A DNA stretch of 43,222 nucleotides from Pseudomonadota bacterium (GTDB taxonomy: Bacteria; Pseudomonadota; Alphaproteobacteria; Rhizobiales; Methyloligellaceae). The notes beneath the pieces are model-generated. The model ran no database searches and was not told where the DNA came from. It saw only the letters and a program-made list of their open reading frames with translations. A program made the translations under genes and the position numbers. Shown here in pieces: positions 1 to 8,510 of this stretch (position 1 is the stretch's first letter; every line of letters begins with the position of its first letter). The stretch is from assembly GCA_046735075.1 (NCBI GenBank), contig JBKPSQ010000171.1, forward strand, positions 1-43,222, written 5' to 3'.

Positions 1-985
<985 letters not shown>

Positions 986-1018
986 TCAAATCGTTCTTTC
1001 GCCGCGTGGCATTGCTCG

Positions 1019-1843
1019 TTAGTTCTGCGCCGCCACGACGTTGTCGCCCTCATCGCGCGAGGCGCTTGCAGCCTTGGTCTTGGCGAGCCAATCGTTGAAC
1101 TCCTGCTCGGAAACGACGCGCACGGCGATCGGCATGAAGGCGTGGTTGCGGCCGCAAAGTTCGGAGCACTGGCCGTAATACCAGCCCTCGCGCTCTGCCC
1201 TGAACCAGGTGGTCTGCAGGCGCCCCGGCACGGCGTCGAGCTTGATGCCGAAGGACGGCACCGCCCAGTCGTGGATCACGTCGTTCGCCTTGACCTGCAC
1301 CTGAATGTTCTTGCCGACCGGCACCACGACCTCGTGGTCGACGGTGAGCAGGCGCGGCTGGCCTTCCTTCAAGTCGGCGTCCTGCACGATGATCGAATCG
1401 AAATGGATGCCCTGATCTGGGTAGTCATAGGTCCAGTACCACTGGCTGCCGGTGGCAGTGATGGTGAGATCAGGCTTGGGGAAATCGTACTGCGCGAACA
1501 AGAGCCTGAAGGACGGGATGGCGATGGCGACCAGGATCAGGATGGGGATCACCGTCCAGGCGACTTCGATCGGGGTGTTATGCGAGGTACGCGAGGGTTG
1601 CGGATTGGCGTTCTCGTTGAAGCGCCTCATCACGTAGACGAGCAGGCCGAGGACGAAGAGGGCGATCAGCGTGATGATGATGGTGACGTAAGTGTGGAAC
1701 GAGGTGATCTGGTCCATGATCGGCGTGTTGGCGCGCTGAAAGCCGATCTGCCAAGGCGCCGGCTGTCCGTCTTTGGCGAGAGCCACACCGCCAGAGGCGA
1801 GCACCGCAGCGACAAGCATCACCACTCGATAGAGAATCGCCAT
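1019..1843 (-). CDS. ctaC: cytochrome c oxidase subunit II
   Basis: CuA motifs DVIHDW and GQCSELCGRNHAFM; QWYWTYDY. Start reassigned to ATG 1843 (AGGAG SD, signal peptide MAILYRVVML); the ORF-track 5' extension is probably non-coding. Confidence 0.96.
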   Translation of the reverse strand: MAILYRVVMLVAAVLASGGVALAKDGQPAPWQIGFQRANTPIMDQITSFHTYVTIIITLIALFVLGLLVYVMRRFNENANPQPSRTSHNTPIEVAWTVIPILILVAIAIPSFRLLFAQYDFPKPDLTITATGSQWYWTYDYPDQGIHFDSIIVQDADLKEGQPRLLTVDHEVVVPVGKNIQVQVKANDVIHDWAVPSFGIKLDAVPGRLQTTWFRAEREGWYYGQCSELCGRNHAFMPIAVRVVSEQEFNDWLAKTKAASASRDEGDNVVAAQN

Positions 1844-2319
1844 CCCTTCACTCCTAAAGCCTGCTCCCTTGCCGTCGCCGATTCCCGTCGAGAGAGGGGC
1901 GGCGGGCCTTTCGCCGTTGGGCGAACCTAGCGTTGCCCATACCGCTTGGTCTAAGCAAGGGCGGCGCGGAAGAATCAGTCCCGAATAGATAGCGTCGCCC
2001 CCACCGTTCGTTTTGCTGCCAACCCTAGCGATCTTGCGGGGTTGGCGGCTCTTTTCCGGTGTTAAAATCATAAACAATATACATTGGCAACACTCATGTG
2101 ATTCATGCCGCGCTGCGGCATATGCACGCTTGGAGCGCGAACTTTTCAAGCTGGGGAGAACTTCCCGCAAGCCGATGCGTCGAAATTTAGCCCCAATACT
2201 CGGCGATGGGCGTTTTCCATGTCGCGCATTCTCGCTTCGACGCGCCTCCTCTCACAATCTAATGTGGCAAGACGCGATGGGCACTTGATAAAGCGGCTGC
2301 GCCGGGTTCCCTGAACGCC

Positions 2320-2910
2320 ATGCCTCTCCCGCCTTACGTCCGAGCTAATGTGCCGCGCGCGCGGATCGTTGCCGCGATTCTGTTCGCGTTGGCCGTGCTG
2401 CCGGGCCTCGCCGGCCAAGGCGCGGCGCAAACTGCGGCGCCGGATACAGGCTCCGAGGCGGCGCCTGCCGCCACCGGGCCCGGCAGCGTGGTGCGCGAGA
2501 CCCACGGCGCCTGGCAGGTTTCGTGCCGTACTCCCCCCGGTGCCAAGGAAGAGAAATGCGCGCTGGTGCAAAGCGTGACCGCCGAGGACAGACCGAATGT
2601 CGGGCTGACTGTCGTGTTCTATAAGGCGATCGGCGAGGACAAGAAGCTGCTCCGCGTCGTGGTGCCCCTTGGCGTACTGCTCCCTACCGGCCTTGGTCTC
2701 AAGATCGACGGCCAGGATGTCGGCAACGCGCCGTTCCTCAAATGCGGCAAACGCGGCTGCGTGGCAGAAGTGGTGTTGCAGGATGAGGTCATCAACAAGA
2801 TGAAGAACGGCGGCACCGCCATGTTCATCATCTTCGATACGCCCGAAGCCGGTATTGGCATTCCCGTGAGCCTTCAGGGTTTTGGCGACGCGCTCGCCAA
2901 TCTGAAATAG
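2320..2910 (+). CDS. invasion associated locus B (IalB) family periplasmic protein
   Basis: Signal peptide; HGAWQVSC, CALVQ, PLGVLLPTGLGL, C...GCVAE and PVSLQGF motifs; divergent from ctaC. Exact start uncertain. Confidence 0.85.
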   Translation: MPLPPYVRANVPRARIVAAILFALAVLPGLAGQGAAQTAAPDTGSEAAPAATGPGSVVRETHGAWQVSCRTPPGAKEEKCALVQSVTAEDRPNVGLTVVFYKAIGEDKKLLRVVVPLGVLLPTGLGLKIDGQDVGNAPFLKCGKRGCVAEVVLQDEVINKMKNGGTAMFIIFDTPEAGIGIPVSLQGFGDALANLK

Positions 2911-2939
2911 CCGGCGCAAAAAATCGGCAACGAGAGAGC

Positions 2940-3045
2940 AAAAAAATCGGCGACAGAGAAAGGAGACTCTGCCGCCGAAAACATCCGTCTTTGGGGGACG
3001 GACTCTCGTCCCATCCGTGCAGGGTAGCAGAAGGGACGATGACTT
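2940..3045 (-). ncRNA. candidate trans-acting sRNA with three stem-loops and C/U-rich loops
   Basis: On the minus strand: TCGTCCC/GGGACGA hairpin, TCCGTC-CCCCAAA-GACGGA hairpin, and a 12-bp terminator hairpin with loop TCTCCTTT followed by T7. A sigma70-like promoter lies immediately upstream. Confidence 0.7.
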
Positions 3046-3051
3046 AGCCTC

Positions 3052-3080
3052 CATATGGTTAGCGCCTCTAGCCCGGTCAA
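3052..3080 (-). promoter_or_regulatory. sigma70-type promoter TTGACC-N17-CATATG driving the candidate sRNA
   Basis: Resembles the alphaproteobacterial RpoD consensus (CTTGAC...CTATAT), with 17-nt spacing. Confidence 0.65.
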
Positions 3081-3162
3081 GGCTGAGGCCAATCAGTTGC
3101 AGGCGCGTCGCGTCTTCTTCAGTTCTTGCTTTAATTGACGTCGGAAACGACGATTTCGGTTA

Positions 3163-3720
3163 TCACTTCTTCCCGCACTTGTTCTTGTCAGCCTTCCACT
3201 CGCAGACATCGGGTTTCGCTGAGCAAGCCATCTCGCTGAGATTGCGGCAAGGATTGGGTGGCTTTCCAGCCTGCCCTGCCGCAGCGGGCGATGCAGGCGT
3301 TGGGGGTTTCGCCTCGCTCTCAGGTTTCGGCTCCGAAGGAGGCGCGGGTTTCTCCGGCTTCTTGATCTGCGGACCGGCCAGCATCTTCCAGGCATCGGGG
3401 TGGTCGCACCCGACGAGACCGGGCCTCTGCGGATCGCCTTCAATGCCGATGCATCCCCCGGTTTCCACCGACTGAAGCTTGTAGATCACTTCGGCGCTGA
3501 GCTTTTTGTCGAGCGCGGTTTCGAGCGCCGAGAGTCTCCCGCTCAAGGCAAGCAGCGTCTCCTCCAAATGCGAGATGTGCTGCTGCAAGCAAGCCATGCG
3601 ATCCTGATCGTTCTTGATGTTATCGCAATAAGGCAGTCCGATCGCCTGAGCCGGCGCGGCGAGGGCGAGCATGAAGGCCGGCATAGAAAGCGCGGCGACG
3701 ATGGCTGCGAATGCGCGCAT
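3163..3720 (-). CDS. secreted Cys-rich hypothetical protein (coiled coil, ricin-like repeat, Pro-rich linker, 4-Cys tail)
   Basis: GGAGA SD, Sec signal ending AQA, eight Cys, coherent modular composition. Confidence 0.8.
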   Translation of the reverse strand: MRAFAAIVAALSMPAFMLALAAPAQAIGLPYCDNIKNDQDRMACLQQHISHLEETLLALSGRLSALETALDKKLSAEVIYKLQSVETGGCIGIEGDPQRPGLVGCDHPDAWKMLAGPQIKKPEKPAPPSEPKPESEAKPPTPASPAAAGQAGKPPNPCRNLSEMACSAKPDVCEWKADKNKCGKK

Positions 3721-3797
3721 GCGAATCTCCCTTGGGTGCCATTCAATGAAACGGCCTCACGGCTGCGGCTAGCCGATGCCGGAACAGGACCTGGCCG

Positions 3798-5180
3798 TCA
3801 GAATGCGGCGGCGTCGAACACCTTGTCGATATCGCCGTGCCAAGGGCCGTGAAAATCGGCGAGAAGGCGGTCGGCTGGCGATCGCCCGGTCTCGATGGCC
3901 TCGACCAGAGGATCGAGCCTGCCGCGCTCGTCCTCGCCTTTGCGATTTAGCCGCGCGCGGCGTCGCAAGCCCTCGAGCGCGAGGTTCACCACATCGCGAG
4001 CAACGTTGCGCAAGGTAAGCCCACGGAATGGCGTAGCCAGGCCGAGCCGCGGCAACTGGTCGCGCAAGGCTTGCCGCTCGTCCTCGCTCCAGTCGGCGAT
4101 CAGCGCCACGGCGTCGTCGCGCGATTCCTGATCGTAGAGCAGTCCTGCCCATAAGGCAGGCAAGGCGCATAGCGCGCCAAACGAGCCCGCGTCCGCGCCG
4201 CGCATCTCGAGATATTGCTTCAGCCTGACATCGGGAAACAGCGTGGTGAGATGATCGGCCCAGTCGTCGAGCGTCGGCCTCACGCCAGGAAGCGCCTTGA
4301 GCTTGCCGGCCATGAAGTCTCGGAACGAGGCGCCGGCTACGTCGATATAGCGCTCGTCGCGATAGACGAAATACATCGGCACATCGAGCGCGTAGTCGAC
4401 ATAGCGCTCGAAGCCCATGCCCTGCTCGAAGGCGAAGGGCAAAAGGCCAGTGCGATCGGGGTCGGTGTCGCGCCACATCTCGGCGCGGTAGGACTGAAAG
4501 CCATTTGGTTTGCCGTCGGTGAAAGGCGAGTTGGCGAACAATGCGGTCGCCACGGGCTGCAGCGCAAGACCGACGCGGAGCTTGGCCACCATGTCGGCTT
4601 CGCTCGCGAAATCCATGTTCACCTGCACCGTGGCGGTGCGGAACATCATGTCGAGGCCGTGCTTGCCGCGCTTCGGCATATAGCGCTTCATGATGCGGTA
4701 GCGCTCTTTCGGCATCATCGGTGTCTCGGCCAGCGTCCATTTCGGCGAGAAGCCTAACCCGAGAAAACCGATACCGAGCTCGCCGCCGATCTCGCGCGCC
4801 TCGGCGAGGTGCTGGCGGATCTCCTCGCAAGTCTGATGCAGCGTCTCGAGTGGTGCGCCTGACAATTCGAGCTGGCCTCCGGGCTCGAGGCTGATGGCGC
4901 CGCCCTTGGGACAGTCCTTGCGGCGAAGCGCGATGATGTGGCCCTTCTCGGTGACCGGGTCCCAGCCGAAGCGGTCCTGCAAACCGTCGAGCAGTGCGCG
5001 GATGCCGCGGTCTCCGTCATAAGGAACTGGCGCGTAGCTCTTTCGATAGAAACCGAACTTCTCGTGCTCGGTGCCGATGCGCCAATCGCTCTTCGGCTGG
5101 CAGCCGGCCTCGAGATAAGCGGCAAGCTCGTCCCGCGAGGTGATGATGGGGCTTTCGGGCCCGCTCACCCGTGTCGACAT
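3798..5180 (-). CDS. gshA: glutamate--cysteine ligase
   Basis: IGTEHEKF, ISLEPGGQLELSGAP, MMFRTATVQVNMD and YLEMRGAD: plant/alphaproteobacterial GCS2 type. Confidence 0.96.
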   Translation of the reverse strand: MSTRVSGPESPIITSRDELAAYLEAGCQPKSDWRIGTEHEKFGFYRKSYAPVPYDGDRGIRALLDGLQDRFGWDPVTEKGHIIALRRKDCPKGGAISLEPGGQLELSGAPLETLHQTCEEIRQHLAEAREIGGELGIGFLGLGFSPKWTLAETPMMPKERYRIMKRYMPKRGKHGLDMMFRTATVQVNMDFASEADMVAKLRVGLALQPVATALFANSPFTDGKPNGFQSYRAEMWRDTDPDRTGLLPFAFEQGMGFERYVDYALDVPMYFVYRDERYIDVAGASFRDFMAGKLKALPGVRPTLDDWADHLTTLFPDVRLKQYLEMRGADAGSFGALCALPALWAGLLYDQESRDDAVALIADWSEDERQALRDQLPRLGLATPFRGLTLRNVARDVVNLALEGLRRRARLNRKGEDERGRLDPLVEAIETGRSPADRLLADFHGPWHGDIDKVFDAAAF

Positions 5181-5286
5181 GAGGAGAGCTCCGCTGTTTG
5201 GAGGAAGTTAGGCTGGATAGCCGGGTTCCGGGTCCGTGCCTAAAGGGCCGCCTTTATGGCGCTCTCTTTGCGGGCCTGACAAGGGC

Positions 5287-6018
5287 TTACCGCCAGTCGC
5301 CAAGTGCGGCATTGACAAGAGCGAGTGCCGCGACTGCTGCGGTATCGGCGCGCATGACGCGTGGTCCAAGGGAAATGGGAAGCACGAAGGGCATTGCCAG
5401 CAGGGCCGCGCGCTCCTCCCGGTCGAAGCCGCCTTCGGGCCCGATCAGCACGGCGAGAGGTCGCCGGCCGGCGTGTGAAAGCGCTTCGATGGGCGAGGCG
5501 TGGGGCGCGACCTCGTCGGCGAAGATCAACAGACGCTCGTCGTCCCAATCGGCAAGCACCTTCGAGAGCTTCACGGGCTCCATCACTTCAGGAACGTGCA
5601 GGATGCCGCACTGCTCGGCAGCCTCGATGGCATTGGCAAGAATGCGATCGCGCTTGACCCGCTCGGCCACCGTATGGTGCGTGATCACCGGCCTGAGGAC
5701 ACTCACGCCCATCTCGGTCGCCTTCTGCGCCATATAGTCGAGGCGGGCGCGCTTGAGCGGCGCGAACAGATAGTGCAGATCGGGGCCATCTTCTTGCGGC
5801 CGCGTCTGGTGGTCGAGGCTAAGCTCGGCCCGCTTTTTGTGGACGACGCTAAGCTCGGCGCACCACTCGCCGTCCTTGCCGTTGAACACGAGAACCTTCT
5901 CCCCTTGGTGGAGCCGGAGCACGTTGCCGAGATAATGCACCTGGTCCTGGTCGAGCTCGACCGTGCCTCGGCGCTTTAGCGGACACTTGACGAACAGGCG
6001 CTGAAGCTTATGGGCCAT
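5287..6018 (-). CDS. rsmE: 16S rRNA m3U1498 methyltransferase
   Basis: HYLGNVLRL, QKATEMGV, EAAEQC, IGPEGGF and LGPRVMRADTA (SPOUT motifs). Confidence 0.95.
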   Translation of the reverse strand: MAHKLQRLFVKCPLKRRGTVELDQDQVHYLGNVLRLHQGEKVLVFNGKDGEWCAELSVVHKKRAELSLDHQTRPQEDGPDLHYLFAPLKRARLDYMAQKATEMGVSVLRPVITHHTVAERVKRDRILANAIEAAEQCGILHVPEVMEPVKLSKVLADWDDERLLIFADEVAPHASPIEALSHAGRRPLAVLIGPEGGFDREERAALLAMPFVLPISLGPRVMRADTAAVAALALVNAALGDWR

Positions 6019-6076
6019 GGTGGGAAGAGCGCGGCTGACGGGCTAAAAGCGTCAAACACATGATGGCGTCAAACAC

Positions 6077-7030
6077 ATGACACGTCCTCTGCCCCGAGGC
6101 AAAGCCAGCGCCGTGGCCGATGCGGGCCTGGGCAATTTGGTGGATCGCTTCGCTCCGCGCGCGGTCCTGCCCTATCTCAGGCTCGCGCGCGCCGACCGGC
6201 CGATCGGCTTCTTCCTGCTCGCCCTCCCCTGCTTCTGGTCTGTCTCTCTCGCCTCGCGCAGCCTCGGCGATGCCTATCCCCATCCATGGCTGCTTCTCCT
6301 TTTCGCCATTGGCGCCATCGTCATGCGCGCGGCGGGCTGCACCTATAACGACATCGTCGATCGCGAGATCGACGCCGGAGTCGCGCGCACCCGAGGTCGC
6401 CCCCTGCCGAGCGGGCAAATAACGCCCAAAGCGGCACTCATCTTCATGATCGTGCTCAGCCTGATCGGCTTCGCCGTGCTCATGAGTTTCAACAGGCTTA
6501 CCATCCTGCTCGGGCTGTGTGTGCTGCCCATCGTTGCCTTGTACCCCTTCGTCAAAAGATTCAGCTATTGGCCGCAGGCCGTGCTCGGTCTTGCCTTTAA
6601 CTGGGGCGCGCTGCTCGGCTGGCCCGCCGTGCTCGGTCGGTTCGATTGGGCGCCAGTGGTGCTCTACGCCGGCGCCATATGCTGGACCGTCGGATACGAC
6701 ACGATCTATGCGCATCAGGATCGTGAGGACGACGATCTCATCGGCTTGAAATCGACAGCGCTCAGATTCGGCCGTGCCACCAAGCCTTGGCTCGCGCTGC
6801 TCTATGGCGCGGCGTGGCTCGCCATCACCGCCGCGGGGCTCATAGCCACAGCCGGCACTGCCTTCCTGCTGGTTATGCTGCTTGCCGCGGCCCAGCTTGC
6901 CTGGCAGGTCGCAACCATCGATATCGACGACGCCGACAACTGCCTCAAGCGTTTCCGCTCGAATCGCGAGTTCGGCCTGCTCGTGCTTGGCGCGATCCTG
7001 CTCGATATGGCGCTGGCGGCCCTGACCTGA
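6077..7030 (+). CDS. ubiA: 4-hydroxybenzoate polyprenyltransferase
   Basis: MRAAGCTYNDIVDREID, RPLPSG and YDTIYAHQDREDD; multiple TM segments. Confidence 0.96.
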   Translation: MTRPLPRGKASAVADAGLGNLVDRFAPRAVLPYLRLARADRPIGFFLLALPCFWSVSLASRSLGDAYPHPWLLLLFAIGAIVMRAAGCTYNDIVDREIDAGVARTRGRPLPSGQITPKAALIFMIVLSLIGFAVLMSFNRLTILLGLCVLPIVALYPFVKRFSYWPQAVLGLAFNWGALLGWPAVLGRFDWAPVVLYAGAICWTVGYDTIYAHQDREDDDLIGLKSTALRFGRATKPWLALLYGAAWLAITAAGLIATAGTAFLLVMLLAAAQLAWQVATIDIDDADNCLKRFRSNREFGLLVLGAILLDMALAALT

Positions 7031-7043
7031 GCCTACAAAAGCA

Positions 7044-7075
7044 GCGGGCCTCGGAGCGGCTTCTCCGAGGCCCGC
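7044..7075. terminator. GC-rich hairpin, probable terminator (T-run on the minus strand)
   Basis: Perfect 13-bp stem GCGGGCCTCGGAG/CTCCGAGGCCCGC; on the minus strand followed by TGCTTTTG. Confidence 0.65.
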
Positions 7076-7261
7076 GTGACGCCTTGCTGTTAGCTTCCCC
7101 CCGTTTTCGGCTGCCTTGAGGCGGCCTTGATTGCGACCATCCTGCCAGAGAAGTTTTCCGAACCGCTTAACGGACGTTGTTAATGTCTGGTATGCGGTGG
7201 TTACCTGATTACATGGTTTAAAGAGGGTACCGAAAAGTTTAGAGAGTCTTGCGCAAGAACA

Positions 7262-8086
7262 ATGACCGCCATCAAACCTGCCGAACGTCCCCTCGCGCCA
7301 TTCTCTCTCGATGAGGACTATGCGCTCCTGAATGTGGCGGTACGCGACGCGGGCGAGCTTGCGCTGACCTATTTCCGCAAGTCGATTCTAGTGAAGCGGA
7401 AGATGGATGGCACGGAGGTGAGCGAGGCCGACCTCGCCGTCGATAGAGCGCTCAAGCTCGATCTCCTCACCAAGCGCCCCGGCTATGGCTGGCTCTCCGA
7501 GGAGACCGAGGACGACCAGGAACGGCTGAAATGTTCCCGCGTGTGGGTGGTCGATCCCATCGACGGCACGAGCGCCTTCCTGCGCCACGTGCCGGAATGG
7601 ACCGTCTCGGCGGCCTTGGTCGAGGACGGGCGGCCGGTAATGGGCATCGTGTTCAATCCGGCGAGCGGTGAGTTCTTTCACGCCATCAAGGGACGCGGCG
7701 CCTTCCTCAACGATCAGCCGATCAAGGTCAGTGACCAGGCCACGCTCGACGGCGCCTATCTCATCGCGAGCGGGGGTCTCTTCAAGAAGAAGATCTGGAA
7801 AGAACCGTGGCCCGAGGTGAAGACCAAATGGGTGAACTCGGTTGCCTATCGGCTAGCGCTGGTCGCCTGCGGCAGGGCCGACGCCACCATCTCGCTCTCC
7901 ACCAAGAGCGAGTGGGATCTTGCCGCCGCTGCGGTGCTGATCGAAGAGGCGGGCGGCGTCATCACCGACCACCGCGGCGACGTGCATCGCTACAATCTCG
8001 CAACCCCTCGCTTCCCAAGTCTGGTCGCGGCTGGCAAAAAGCTGCATCCGCTTCTCATCGAGCGCACGCGACGTGTAGACCTCTGA
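7262..8086 (+). CDS. inositol monophosphatase / CysQ-like phosphatase
   Basis: WLSEE, VWVVDPIDGT and EWDLAAA (FIG superfamily motifs). Confidence 0.9.
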   Translation: MTAIKPAERPLAPFSLDEDYALLNVAVRDAGELALTYFRKSILVKRKMDGTEVSEADLAVDRALKLDLLTKRPGYGWLSEETEDDQERLKCSRVWVVDPIDGTSAFLRHVPEWTVSAALVEDGRPVMGIVFNPASGEFFHAIKGRGAFLNDQPIKVSDQATLDGAYLIASGGLFKKKIWKEPWPEVKTKWVNSVAYRLALVACGRADATISLSTKSEWDLAAAAVLIEEAGGVITDHRGDVHRYNLATPRFPSLVAAGKKLHPLLIERTRRVDL

Positions 8087-8132
8087 CGCTCGATTGGGCA
8101 GAGTGGCCGCGCTTACAGGGGACTGACCAAAC

Positions 8133-8408
8133 ATGACTGCAAAGGACAGCGCCAAGAAAGGCGCGCGACAATTGCTTCATCTCGTATTCGGCGGAGAGCT
8201 CACCACGCTCGACAGAATAGAGTTCAGCGATCTCAACCGGCTCGATATCGTCGGCATCTATCCCAATTACGCGCAAGCCTACGACGCCTGGAAGGACGCC
8301 GCCCACCGCACCGTGGACGATGCCCACATGCGCTACTTCATCGTGCATCTGCACCGGCTGCTCGATCCTGAGCACGACACGAAGGCCGGTGCCGAACAGA
8401 GCAAATAA
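8133..8408 (+). CDS. DUF4170 family protein
   Basis: LLHLVFGGEL...DIVGIYPNY...TVDDAHMRYFIVHLHRLLDP; usual position upstream of waaA. Confidence 0.85.
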   Translation: MTAKDSAKKGARQLLHLVFGGELTTLDRIEFSDLNRLDIVGIYPNYAQAYDAWKDAAHRTVDDAHMRYFIVHLHRLLDPEHDTKAGAEQSK

Positions 8409-8510
8409 GGCAAGCGGTTTTTCGCCTTAAAGGCTCGCGTGAGCCCGTGCTAGAAAGCGTCAGACGGCGGCTGCGCCCTTGAGCTAGGGTGCCGTAAATC
8501 GGGGAAAATA

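Noticed and set aside
2916-2960. Tandem near-duplicate GCAAAAAATCGGC(A/G)AC
   Set aside because: Looks like a local duplication of one terminator arm; no evidence of separate function.
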